Shown here: in pieces, positions 1 through 9,291 of the stretch
Layout: the number at the start of each line of letters is the position of its first letter
How positions within the stretch are numbered: the first letter of the stretch is position 1
Virus record (IMG/VR): IMGVR_UViG_3300025671_000038
Length of the DNA stretch: 64,000 nucleotides
Direction: 5' to 3' (one strand)
Source of the DNA: a virus
Notes under the pieces: generated by a model
What the model was told of the DNA's origin: nothing
Seen by the model: only the letters and a program-made list of their open reading frames with translations
Database searches by the model: none
Program-made: the position numbers and the translations under genes

Positions 1-17
1 TGTGGGGTTGGAATCTG

Positions 18-317
18 TTATTCGTTTCCTCGAGCTTCGTGATACATTTCCCAGATATCCTGAGCATTTTTTTCTGGACTCTCTACGTAGCTTGAAGATG
101 GATCGTTGTTTTTAGTCGAATCGATCAGAGCCTGGTAGTTATCTAGTTCGGTTAGAATCCTTTCGCTATGGTTGAGTGATTCTACCTCTTCTGTCCGTGG
201 CTCTACGATTCCGTAGGAGACATCCTTCGGGCTGCTTAGAAAAGTAAGCTTGATAACCCAAGCAGTTCCGAAAATTGCCAAGAAGGCAGCGATGGTTTTA
301 AAAGTTTGATTTTTCAT
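18..317 (-). CDS. hypothetical protein with N-terminal transmembrane anchor
   Basis: 99 aa ORF; hydrophobic IAAFLAIFGTAWVI segment. Confidence 0.6.
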   Translation of the reverse strand: MKNQTFKTIAAFLAIFGTAWVIKLTFLSSPKDVSYGIVEPRTEEVESLNHSERILTELDNYQALIDSTKNNDPSSSYVESPEKNAQDIWEMYHEARGNE

Positions 318-435
318 GATTCTTCCTTTTTGTTATACAATACAAATATTGGAATAAAGGACGTAGGTAAAAAATGAAATCCGGTTTTTTTGGAAACTTT
401 CTAAGGTTTTGTGTCTTTAATGAATAAATAAAGGC

Positions 436-567
436 ATGAGCAAGCAAGAGCTATTCGAACTATTCTTAAAATACCCAAATGCACAAGATTTCCATAGAGA
501 AATGCATTCGATGGTCTGGGATTGGCATAAAAACGGGGAGGTTAAAACAAAAGAAGAGGTTGATTAA
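436..567 (+). CDS. small hypothetical protein (43 aa, MSKQELFELF...; not in ORF track)
   Basis: Open ATG436 to TAA; stop overlaps the next ATG (TAATG). Confidence 0.6.
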   Translation: MSKQELFELFLKYPNAQDFHREMHSMVWDWHKNGEVKTKEEVD

Positions 568-1442
568 TGAGGATAGTGGTTACTGGAGCTCTGGGCTTCG
601 TTGGTTCTAACCTGGTCGAGCATCTAAAATCCCTTGGACATGAGGTAAAAGGTATCGATAACCTAAGTTCCTCATCTGCACACATGGATAATTGCTCCAC
701 TGGGGTTAATTACGAGATTGGCGACTTCATAGATTCAAAAACCCTGGACGAGGAATTCGATGTCGTTTATCACCTGGCTGCGGATGCTAGGATTCAACCA
801 AGTTTTAAGGACCCTTTGGGTACATTCCACAATAATGCTTTCGGTACAGCATATGTTGCGGATAAGGCCAGAGAATTTGGTGCTAAAATGATATTTTCCT
901 CAACGAGTTCCTCTCTTCATGGAGATTACGTTAGCCCATACACTCTTTCCAAGAGATCTGGCGAAGAATATCTCAAGATGATGGCGAACTGCTACGATTT
1001 GGACTGTGCCAGTGCTAGATTCTTCAACGTTTATGGTCCAAGAGAACCTTGGGCCGGGGAATACGCAACGGTGGTTAGAAAATTCCAGAGGCAGTGGGAA
1101 GCTGGAGAACCCATGACGGTTGTTGGTGACGGAACTCAGTCACGCGATTTTACACACGTGGATGACATCTGTTCTGGTCTTGTTGCAATAATGCAGGAAA
1201 AGAGGAGCGGTGAAATAATCAATCTGGGTAGAAACGATCCGTATACCATAATGGACCTTGTTAAAATGTACGCGGGTGAAGACGCTCAAGAAGGTACGGA
1301 TTGGGTCAAGGTACCACTTAGAAAAAATGAGGGGCAAAGAACACAATGGTTCGAGACGGTTAAAATTGACTGGAAACCTAAGATCAATCTACCCGATTAT
1401 ATCTCAGAGATTGTTTCTGCAAGACTGGAGAAAGATATATAA
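567..1442 (+). CDS. NAD-dependent nucleotide-sugar epimerase/dehydratase (extended SDR)
   Basis: TGALGFVG Rossmann motif, YTLSK (YxxxK), RFFNVYGP, RDFTHVDD. Confidence 0.92.
   Translation: MRIVVTGALGFVGSNLVEHLKSLGHEVKGIDNLSSSSAHMDNCSTGVNYEIGDFIDSKTLDEEFDVVYHLAADARIQPSFKDPLGTFHNNAFGTAYVADKAREFGAKMIFSSTSSSLHGDYVSPYTLSKRSGEEYLKMMANCYDLDCASARFFNVYGPREPWAGEYATVVRKFQRQWEAGEPMTVVGDGTQSRDFTHVDDICSGLVAIMQEKRSGEIINLGRNDPYTIMDLVKMYAGEDAQEGTDWVKVPLRKNEGQRTQWFETVKIDWKPKINLPDYISEIVSARLEKDI
1434..1441 (+). promoter_or_regulatory. GATATATA late-promoter-like motif overlapping the upstream stop codon
   Basis: Same octamer recurs 26-29 nt before several other starts (17829, 22241, 26931, 28055, 30488). Confidence 0.6.
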
Positions 1443-1460
1443 AGAAACTAATATTTAGAA

Positions 1461-2054
1461 ATGAGACATATTCAGATTTTTGAAAATTATAGTGATTCGG
1501 ATTTCGAAATCCCTAGCGCTTTTCAACTTGGAGACGGGTTTGATCCAGTAAAGGCAAAAAAAGCCGTCGAGGAAGCATCTGAAGAAAGAGGTGGGAAATC
1601 CAAGGAAGACCGAGGTTTGAACTTTCCTAATATAAAAGAGGTTTACGGTACAGACTCATATAACACGAGATTTTATATAGCGCAAGCTCTCCACATCTTG
1701 GGATATTCACTATTTCCTTATAATAGCCATTTCCCATTGGAAAAAGCTAAACCTGGAGACATAGCTAAGATGACTTATTATATTGGTGAACCCTGGCAAA
1801 ATGAGATCATGAAGAATATTTCACCTAAGCTACTAAGAGCTATAGCACCCTGGGTGGAAAAAATCATGCTTTACCCTGATAAATTCCTTAGAACTAATGT
1901 AGACTTACAAAGGACCACTAAAAGTCCAGGAGTTGCAAGAGAGTCTAGGATGATTCTCCCGATGGTTAGTAAATTGGTTGCGGATTCCTCTCTGGAGAAA
2001 ATAGACGGTAAGGGAATTCCCACATATCTGAACGTCTATCGTAAGCTGTCTTAA
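1461..2054 (+). CDS. hypothetical protein with capsid-targeting-like leader (MRHIQIFENY)
   Basis: 197 aa; preceded by GATATATA; leader resembles other late genes. Confidence 0.6.
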   Translation: MRHIQIFENYSDSDFEIPSAFQLGDGFDPVKAKKAVEEASEERGGKSKEDRGLNFPNIKEVYGTDSYNTRFYIAQALHILGYSLFPYNSHFPLEKAKPGDIAKMTYYIGEPWQNEIMKNISPKLLRAIAPWVEKIMLYPDKFLRTNVDLQRTTKSPGVARESRMILPMVSKLVADSSLEKIDGKGIPTYLNVYRKLS

Positions 2055-2085
2055 TAACAGGAACAGTTTCGGGTAAAATAACCAT

Positions 2086-2142
2086 TTGGCACTTTAGCCC
2101 CTTATTCACTTGGCACTTTAGGGCATATTTATTTGGCACTTT
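2086..2142. repeat. three direct repeats TTGGCACTTT
   Basis: Exact copies at 2086, 2110 and 2133, intergenic upstream of the LamG array. Confidence 0.8.
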
Positions 2143-2208
2143 GTGTTTAGCAATATAATCTGATTTTTTACTCCGAGTGAGGGTGAAATTTCCGAATATA
2201 TAAGGCAC

Positions 2209-3270
2209 ATGCCAAATACCATAAAATATAGCGAAACCCCAGAAAGCAATTCTTTAAATGTAAGAAATTGGTGGATTGGTGCTGGGGATGTAGGTAAAGG
2301 ACCAACCAACTTAACCGGATTTTGGAATGGAGTCGATCCTCCGGCAGGTGGCTGGACCATCTATATAAACAAGGCAACTAAAGGTCCAACGATAGATGTT
2401 GCTAACAATAGTTCCGAACTCATAGCAAAGACAAACGCAATGGCTGGAACCTCATACACAACAGTGGATGAGTGCTTCGATTATTTTGCTACACAGAACG
2501 ACAAATTACTTTGGGGAGGAGAGGTTAGTCCTGTAATTACTGATGGACTTCAAAGCTACATAGATTTTTCCTCCACCGCATGCTTCCCCCGAACAGGTAA
2601 TAAATTCTACAACTTAGCTAATTCTGGAGTTGGATATTTTCAATCAGCAACATTCTCAACTGGTGACGACGGTAAAGTTACAACAACGGGGGGTAATGAC
2701 GGTACTGTTAATTACGTGGGTAGTAGAATCAATATTAACACGACCTCTGATAATTTAGACCGGTTCGGGAAGACCAATGATTGGTCGATAGCCTTTTGGG
2801 TTAAATATACTGGCAGCGGGACGAGAATATTCTCAACTGGATCTGCAGGATCTGGCACAACTGACTCGTGTGTTTGGCAGTTTTATCTTTTGTCTAGCCA
2901 ATTTTATTGGTGGAACTCCGGTGGAGGTGGTACAAATAATATTTACTGCTATACATCCTCTGTACCAACCAACTCTTGGTCATACATCACAATTACATAC
3001 AAATACGACGAATCCGGGGATAACGTTGTTAGGGTTTACAGAAATGGATCCCAGGTAGGAACTGGTTCTACCCCTACTGCAACACACGATGCTAGGGATA
3101 GAAGAGGGCAAACCAATCTTCAGTACACTTTGGGTGGTGGATATAATGGTTCTTGCAGAACAGCAAATAGTGCTGGAGAATATGCTATTTTCCAGGTTTA
3201 TAACAGAACACTCACCTCGGAGGAAGCAACAAGGAACTACAACCTAACAAAATCAAGATTCGGTCTATAA
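2209..3270 (+). CDS. LamG/concanavalin A-like lectin domain virion fibre protein, paralogue 1
   Basis: Conserved array N-terminus; WSIAFWVKY, WSYITITY, VYRNG, YNRTLTSEE..RNY..KSRFGL. Confidence 0.8.
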   Translation: MPNTIKYSETPESNSLNVRNWWIGAGDVGKGPTNLTGFWNGVDPPAGGWTIYINKATKGPTIDVANNSSELIAKTNAMAGTSYTTVDECFDYFATQNDKLLWGGEVSPVITDGLQSYIDFSSTACFPRTGNKFYNLANSGVGYFQSATFSTGDDGKVTTTGGNDGTVNYVGSRININTTSDNLDRFGKTNDWSIAFWVKYTGSGTRIFSTGSAGSGTTDSCVWQFYLLSSQFYWWNSGGGGTNNIYCYTSSVPTNSWSYITITYKYDESGDNVVRVYRNGSQVGTGSTPTATHDARDRRGQTNLQYTLGGGYNGSCRTANSAGEYAIFQVYNRTLTSEEATRNYNLTKSRFGL

Positions 3271-3278
3271 TATCAAGG

Positions 3279-4157
3279 ATGGTTATAAAAAATATTGGTA
3301 CCTCTGCAGATAGTCGAGCATTTAAAAAGGGTAATGTTGCGATAGGGGATAAGCCATATGGTTATGGTCCGACCACTGTTACTGGTTATTGGAACGGTAT
3401 CGATCCTCCGTCGGGTGGTCACACATTGTATTTAATGGGTAATGCATCAACTACGGTTTCACCTTCAATCTATACCGCTGATTCGAATTCAGAATTAATT
3501 AACTTAGTTAATCTGATCACAGGTCAGAATTACACAACCATTCCGCAGGTTTTAGCATACGTAAATTCGGATAACAACGTTTACTTAGATAGCGATATTT
3601 CACAGAATGCAGTTATGATGGTTGATAGCTACGATCAGCAATCCTATCCAGGTAATGGAAGTATTTGGTATGACATCTCAGGAAACGGTAATAATATAAC
3701 CTTGTATAACTCCCCATCCTATACTAATAATAACATAGACTTTGATGGAGCAAACGATTATGGAAAAATAGCTTCGACAACATATCGCTCAATATCTTTA
3801 TGGGGATATCAGACAAATTCAGGGCCTAGTGGTTGGAAATATCTTTTTGATGCCAGAAGTGGAATGGGAAGCGGTTGGTTCGCTAATAATAGCCAAGGTT
3901 CAAACTGGTCTTCAACCATGTATATAAACGGAGTCTCCGTTAGTAGGAATTGGAGTAATGTTCCGGTGAATTCTTGGTTTCATTTATATATTCAGGCAGA
4001 TAATTCTTATACGGGTACAATAAACTTAATGAGCAGATATTCCAACAACGAGCAACTTGGCGGATATTTGAATTCAATAGAATTATATAATACAACCAAA
4101 TCTGATGACGATATTGCTCTGCTATTTAATTCAAAAAGAAATAGATTCGGTTTATAA
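3279..4157 (+). CDS. LamG-like fibre protein, paralogue 2
   Basis: Diverged array N-terminus; SYPGNGSIWYDISGNGN, FDGANDY; ends RFGL. Confidence 0.78.
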   Translation: MVIKNIGTSADSRAFKKGNVAIGDKPYGYGPTTVTGYWNGIDPPSGGHTLYLMGNASTTVSPSIYTADSNSELINLVNLITGQNYTTIPQVLAYVNSDNNVYLDSDISQNAVMMVDSYDQQSYPGNGSIWYDISGNGNNITLYNSPSYTNNNIDFDGANDYGKIASTTYRSISLWGYQTNSGPSGWKYLFDARSGMGSGWFANNSQGSNWSSTMYINGVSVSRNWSNVPVNSWFHLYIQADNSYTGTINLMSRYSNNEQLGGYLNSIELYNTTKSDDDIALLFNSKRNRFGL

Positions 4158-5137
4158 TGCCAAATGCAATAAAATATAACACAGGATCTGAATCTTTAGC
4201 TTTGAAGAAAGGCAACTGGTGGATCGGTACTGGTGATGTAGGTAAAGGACCAACAAGTACCACTGGATATTACAACGGAATTACACCACCCGCTGGAGGT
4301 TATACAATCTATCTTAGCAAAGAATCTCAGGGACCAGTAATATATGAGTGCCCCGACGTCTCGTCACTGATAGATCTAACCAACAATATTTCTGGCAATT
4401 CCTACACCAGTGCTGATGAGTGCCTTTATTATTACGCTGGGCAATCCGACAAGATGTGTATGGTAAGGGATTTCGAATCCATAATTACGAATGGTCTAAA
4501 CTTTGCTTATGACTTGGAATCACTGGAAACATTCCAGTATCTGTCCAACAGATCAGCTGACTTTTCAAAAAATGGATACGAGATTACCCTCGGTACTGCA
4601 TACAATGCCAAAAGCTCAATTGGAGATCAGGGTTGGCTAAACCAGATTGAGAATATTACTATTCAGGTGGTGCTTGAAAAAATTGGGACCGGGACTGGGT
4701 ATGCGAATCATCCATTATCTAAATGGAACTCATCTTCAACACAAACAGCATCTTTTGTTTTATATCACTTCGAAAATTATCAAAATAACGGAGATGATGG
4801 TGAGATTGGATTTTATGCAAATACCCAAAATAACGGCTGGACTTCATTAACAGGTAGATATACTCTTACACTCGGAGAAACTGTCCTTGTCACTCTCGCT
4901 TATGGGGACGGGGAATCCACAGATCTCTGGATAGATGATACAATAGTCTCAACTGTATCAAATAGGGGAACTCTATCCCCCACTGTATCTGTTGCTTCAG
5001 GCTTAGGTAGAAATATGGAAATATCAACCCCTTTTGGTCACGGTACATCCCTTGTACATAGGGCATTAATTTATGACAGAAGGCTGTCTGATGCTGAAAT
5101 ACTCCATAACTATCAACAAATTCAACCCTCGCTATGA
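4157..5137 (+). CDS. LamG-like fibre protein, paralogue 3
   Basis: Conserved N-terminus; YDRRLSDAEILHNY terminal motif. Confidence 0.78.
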   Translation: MPNAIKYNTGSESLALKKGNWWIGTGDVGKGPTSTTGYYNGITPPAGGYTIYLSKESQGPVIYECPDVSSLIDLTNNISGNSYTSADECLYYYAGQSDKMCMVRDFESIITNGLNFAYDLESLETFQYLSNRSADFSKNGYEITLGTAYNAKSSIGDQGWLNQIENITIQVVLEKIGTGTGYANHPLSKWNSSSTQTASFVLYHFENYQNNGDDGEIGFYANTQNNGWTSLTGRYTLTLGETVLVTLAYGDGESTDLWIDDTIVSTVSNRGTLSPTVSVASGLGRNMEISTPFGHGTSLVHRALIYDRRLSDAEILHNYQQIQPSL

Positions 5138-5271
5138 TGTACACAGTTAAAGAGCTACAGTTAACCGACCCAAGCCTTCCATTCTATGCTGCTGAGGACT
5201 TGAATGGTACCGTGGTTGCTTGGTTTACGACTTTCGGGGAGGCGCAAAAATGGGTTGAAGAAATGAATTAA
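5134..5271 (+). CDS. small hypothetical protein (45 aa, MMYTVKELQL...; not in ORF track)
   Basis: Open frame filling the gap; ATGA overlap with the upstream stop. Confidence 0.55.
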   Translation: MMYTVKELQLTDPSLPFYAAEDLNGTVVAWFTTFGEAQKWVEEMN

Positions 5272-5279
5272 GTTTTACG

Positions 5280-6281
5280 ATGCCAAATACAATAAAATAT
5301 AACACAGGATCGGAATCTTTAGCTCTAAAGAAGGGTAACTTCTACATTGGTACTGGCGATGTAGGTAAAGGTCCGACAAATACCACAGGTTATTATAACG
5401 GAATTACTCCACCAGCAGGGGGTTATACGATTTACCTCAATAAGGAATCTCAAGGACCTTCCATCTATACTTGTGCAAATGATACAGAGCTAATAAGCTT
5501 AACAAATAGAATTGCTGGAACTTCATACACAACAGCAAACGAGTGTTTTAATTACTACCGGGGACAAGCCGATAAAATGATTTTGAACCAGGATTACGAA
5601 GGAATTGTAACGGACAGTTTAATTTTTAGCATAGATGCCGGGTTTATCCCTTCATATCCCAGAAATGGATCAACAGCTTATGATTTGGGTAATTCCATAA
5701 ATGGTACTTTGACCAATTCGCCTTCATTCATCAATGTGAGCGGTGGTACTTGGAGGTTTGATGGTACTGATGAGTATATTTCACTGGGAGCATCAAATGC
5801 TATAGGCTGGGATGTAGATAACTTAACACTGGAGGTCTGGATTAAAAGTGCGGATACAGGGGGAGGTTCGGACCAGTGGTGTGCTTTTATAGGAACGAGA
5901 TATGGTAGAGACATACAAATAGGAAGATATAGCGGTACAACTAATTTAGGAATCCTAGCAACAACGAATGGTGCTAATATCAATCTTCCGGACTCTGGAG
6001 TAAACGTGTTTGACCAACAGTGGCATCATTGTGTTTGTGTTTTTGCTGGTGGAATTTTCTATGTATATGTGGATGGTGTTCTTGAACAAACGAACAGTAG
6101 TAGAACGGGGCAATCGTTGAGTCCTTCCGGTAGCACGTTTGGTGTAGGAGGTTCTCCGCATCCCTCATCTCCCCGATTTTTTGATGGTGATATACCTGTT
6201 GCTAGAATATATAATAAAGCTCTGCTATCATCGGAGGTATCACAAAACTATAACGCTCAAAGGGGAAGATTCGGATTATGA
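5280..6281 (+). CDS. LamG-like fibre protein, paralogue 4
   Basis: FDGTDEY, LTLEVWIK, WHHCVCV, VYVDG, IYNKALLSSEVSQNY..RFGL. Confidence 0.82.
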   Translation: MPNTIKYNTGSESLALKKGNFYIGTGDVGKGPTNTTGYYNGITPPAGGYTIYLNKESQGPSIYTCANDTELISLTNRIAGTSYTTANECFNYYRGQADKMILNQDYEGIVTDSLIFSIDAGFIPSYPRNGSTAYDLGNSINGTLTNSPSFINVSGGTWRFDGTDEYISLGASNAIGWDVDNLTLEVWIKSADTGGGSDQWCAFIGTRYGRDIQIGRYSGTTNLGILATTNGANINLPDSGVNVFDQQWHHCVCVFAGGIFYVYVDGVLEQTNSSRTGQSLSPSGSTFGVGGSPHPSSPRFFDGDIPVARIYNKALLSSEVSQNYNAQRGRFGL

Positions 6282-7303
6282 GTAATACAATAAAATATAG
6301 CACAGGATCGGAATCTTTAGCTCTGAAGAAGGGTAACTGGTGGATTGGAACTGGCGATGTTCCTAAGGGACCGACAAATACCACAGGATATTATAACGGA
6401 ATTACGCCACCAGCAGGGGGTTATACAATATATCTTAATAAGGCATCTCAGGGACCATCAATCTATACCTGTGCAAACGATACGGAGCTTATAAGTCTTA
6501 CAAATTCCATCGCTGGGGCATCATACTCAACTGTGAATGAATGTTTAACTTATTTCGTGGGTCAAGAAGACAAGGTATGCTTTAATCGTGACTACGAGGG
6601 TATTGTAACTGACGGACTTGTTCTAAATTTAGATGCTGGTTTTATCCCATCATATCCTAGAAATGGAACTGTTAGCTATAATTTAAGTAACTCACCGGAT
6701 GGTACTTTAACTAACGGGGTTTCTTTTAGTAGTTCTGATGGAGGTAGTTTTTCATTCGATGGCACGGATGATTATATACAAATTCCCAACGATTCATATT
6801 TATCTTCCAATGTGTTCGGGGATACGAATTATTTTACACTTAGTTGCTGGACATATTTTACACAATTCCAAAATTGGACTTGTATGATTAATAAAGCAAC
6901 TGGGGGTTACTATTCTCATACAACCTCAGGATTATGGTGTAATTCATCAGGTATGATAAGTGCTGTAATAGGTACTAATCAACCTAATAATCCTACTGGA
7001 GGTTATTTAGATGCTAGATATTTTGATACACAATTAAATACCTGGTATAATGTAGTAGGAGTAGCAGATGGGACTTACTTAAAATTATACATAAATGGTG
7101 AATTACAAGAACAAAAACTATTATCAGGTATAACCCTTTCTAGAACTGAAAATAGTGCCCCTATAACTATAGGTAGAAGATGTACAGGATGTAATCCGAG
7201 CCATAATGGGGAAATTGCTAATGTTATGGCATACGATAAAGGGTTATCAGCATCGGAAGTTCTCCAAAACTATAACTCACAAAAAGGGAGATTTGGTCTA
7301 TAA
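6278..7303 (+). CDS. LamG-like fibre protein, paralogue 5
   Basis: FDGTDDY, FTLSCW, WYNVVGV, LYING, YDKGLSASEVLQNY..RFGL. Confidence 0.82.
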   Translation: MSNTIKYSTGSESLALKKGNWWIGTGDVPKGPTNTTGYYNGITPPAGGYTIYLNKASQGPSIYTCANDTELISLTNSIAGASYSTVNECLTYFVGQEDKVCFNRDYEGIVTDGLVLNLDAGFIPSYPRNGTVSYNLSNSPDGTLTNGVSFSSSDGGSFSFDGTDDYIQIPNDSYLSSNVFGDTNYFTLSCWTYFTQFQNWTCMINKATGGYYSHTTSGLWCNSSGMISAVIGTNQPNNPTGGYLDARYFDTQLNTWYNVVGVADGTYLKLYINGELQEQKLLSGITLSRTENSAPITIGRRCTGCNPSHNGEIANVMAYDKGLSASEVLQNYNSQKGRFGL

Positions 7304-7317
7304 AAAAAATAATAGCT

Positions 7318-7569
7318 ATGTACGAAGAAAGAGAATATCTAATTTTTAATGTATCTGAGTTGGATAAGATAAATTTCAACGAGGTATTGGAAACGTCCCA
7401 ACAGACTGTTAGAAAATCTGTCGATGAAACAAAGACCTTTGTTAAATGGAATGGTGAACCCCCGTCGTTTGTTGAAACATTAACAACTGCGGAAGGTCCA
7501 TACACTCATGCGGAGATTCTGTCAATATTAGGAACTCCGGAGTGGACAAGCAATCAAGAACAACCTTAA
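7318..7569 (+). CDS. small fibre-associated phage protein
   Basis: 83 aa directly after the LamG array; the chaperone/accessory role is inference. Confidence 0.55.
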   Translation: MYEEREYLIFNVSELDKINFNEVLETSQQTVRKSVDETKTFVKWNGEPPSFVETLTTAEGPYTHAEILSILGTPEWTSNQEQP

Positions 7570-7603
7570 GGTGTATCAAAATATATAATCAAACATCCGC
7601 CAA

Positions 7604-7804
7604 ATGATAACAAGAATTAAATATGAGGATCCATTAAATCACGGGTCATATATCATCGAAGAGATAGATGATGATATAGTGGATTTACCTGAATATTGCT
7701 TAAATCTCCACGAGAATTATCTATGCAATACCTCCGAATGTGATGGTGAGCATTGTAAAATATGGGTAGAAGTGGATGGTGAATTCTTTTTAGCTGGTAT
7801 TTGA
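7604..7804 (+). CDS. hypothetical acidic, Cys-containing protein
   Basis: 66 aa; AATATATA at 7580. Confidence 0.5.
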   Translation: MITRIKYEDPLNHGSYIIEEIDDDIVDLPEYCLNLHENYLCNTSECDGEHCKIWVEVDGEFFLAGI

Positions 7805-7835
7805 AAAAAGGTATATAATAGAAAGAGCCACTAAT

Positions 7836-8807
7836 ATGGAAACAATAAAGAAAGGAAGCAAGGGATTAATAGTAGGATACTGGCAAGAATTCCTAAAAAA
7901 TCTACAGCTATACAAGTATAAGATAGATGAGGATTTTGGTAATCTTACACACAATTCTACCGTAGAATTCCAAAAAGCCAATGGCTTGGTTACTGACGGC
8001 GTAGTTGGTAAGAAAACCTGGGACAAAGCATTCGAGCTTGGTATAATTACCACTGACGAGATGGAAGAGCCGGTAGTTCCTGAGGACTTTGGGTTTAGTG
8101 TCTCTAAGGCTTACATGCCGAGAGACGAGTACTACACCACCGATGAGAAAAAGAACTGGTTATTTATACACCACACTGCGGGTTGGAACAATCCCTACAA
8201 TACTATAAAAAATTGGGCTAATGACTCCAGAGGGAGGGTAGCTACCGAGTTCTGTTTAGGTGGACAAAAGATAACCGATGGAGATAAGGAATATGATGGA
8301 GTTGTAGTACAAGCTTTCCCTGAAGGTGGATATGGATGGCACCTTGGTATAGGGAATAATATCATGCATCGGACTTCAGTCGGTATCGAGGTAAATAATT
8401 TCGGCTATCTAACTGAGGGAGGATATTACAAAAAGATCGACGGGGTCAGGACATGGATTAAAAGAACGTCCGGAAAATTCTACACATACGTTGGAACTGA
8501 AGCAGATCCTTGCCAGGTGGTGGAACTTTCTAAGAAGTTTAGAGGCTATAAGCACTGGCACAGATATTCAGATAGTCAGATAAAGGAACTTGAAAAACTA
8601 ATAAGATATGTGGGGGAAAGGGACGAGATAGATGTTAGAAGAGGACTACCCGACCTTATAAGAGATAAGGGAGCTGATGCATTTGATGTATGTAGTGTAA
8701 GTATGTGCAATTCTACAAAAGGCCTATGGTCTCACACTAACTGCAGATCTACAAAATTCGACATGTTTCCTCAGCAAGAGCTTATAGACATGCTAATATC
8801 ACTATAA
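7836..8807 (+). CDS. endolysin: peptidoglycan-binding domain + N-acetylmuramoyl-L-alanine amidase (Amidase_2)
   Basis: FQKANGLVTDGVVGKKTW (PG_binding_1); HHTAG, SVGIEVNN, SH..C..K.D Zn-amidase motifs. Confidence 0.88.
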   Translation: METIKKGSKGLIVGYWQEFLKNLQLYKYKIDEDFGNLTHNSTVEFQKANGLVTDGVVGKKTWDKAFELGIITTDEMEEPVVPEDFGFSVSKAYMPRDEYYTTDEKKNWLFIHHTAGWNNPYNTIKNWANDSRGRVATEFCLGGQKITDGDKEYDGVVVQAFPEGGYGWHLGIGNNIMHRTSVGIEVNNFGYLTEGGYYKKIDGVRTWIKRTSGKFYTYVGTEADPCQVVELSKKFRGYKHWHRYSDSQIKELEKLIRYVGERDEIDVRRGLPDLIRDKGADAFDVCSVSMCNSTKGLWSHTNCRSTKFDMFPQQELIDMLISL

Positions 8808-8811
8808 ATCT

Positions 8812-8952
8812 ATGAAGAATTGTAAATGCCAAAATTGTAAATGTGAAAGAAAGGATCCCTTCAAAACTGAGGAATTCAAGGCACTTAGTCCAGCTGGAAG
8901 ATTCTTATATAGGCTAAGGAAAGCTTTTTTTGAAACCCTATCCATGTATTAA
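8812..8952 (+). CDS. small protein with CKC..CKC N-terminus (46 aa; not in ORF track)
   Basis: Open ATG8812 to TAA8952 between the endolysin and the holin candidate. Confidence 0.5.
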   Translation: MKNCKCQNCKCERKDPFKTEEFKALSPAGRFLYRLRKAFFETLSMY

Positions 8953-9026
8953 AGATCGCCTTGGACTTTTTTTTGTACCCCGTCATTCTTCTCATTTCCG
9001 ATAAATATCTCAAAGTAAGTTTTGGT

Positions 9027-9278
9027 ATGAAAAGAATTATTGAATGGCTTTCCGGCCTTCTGAAGGACGAAAAGGGAACTCCCTCTTCGAAAAGATTTAT
9101 AGGAATAACATCGGGCTTATCCCTATGTGTTGCACTATTCATAAACCTATTCACCGAGAAGCCAGTAGAGCCAACCTTAGTTCAAGCAGTTGCAGCTATA
9201 TGCATAGGTGGTTTGGGCTTAGCCTCCGCTGATAAGATCTGGGGAAACAAAGGCGGGAGTAATTCCGAGGAGAGATAA
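9027..9278 (+). CDS. holin candidate (two TM helices)
   Basis: SSKRF.G motif, two hydrophobic segments, next to the endolysin; start moved from 8961 to 9027. Confidence 0.6.
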   Translation: MKRIIEWLSGLLKDEKGTPSSKRFIGITSGLSLCVALFINLFTEKPVEPTLVQAVAAICIGGLGLASADKIWGNKGGSNSEER

Positions 9279-9291
9279 ATTTCTGATATCC

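Noticed and set aside
2086-2142. Sigma54 promoter
   Set aside because: TGGCAC is present but the -12 GC is not at the required spacing in any copy.
2209-7303. Diversity-generating retroelement or shufflon driving the LamG array
   Set aside because: No reverse transcriptase, TR/VR pair or invertase in the window; all copies are co-oriented full genes.
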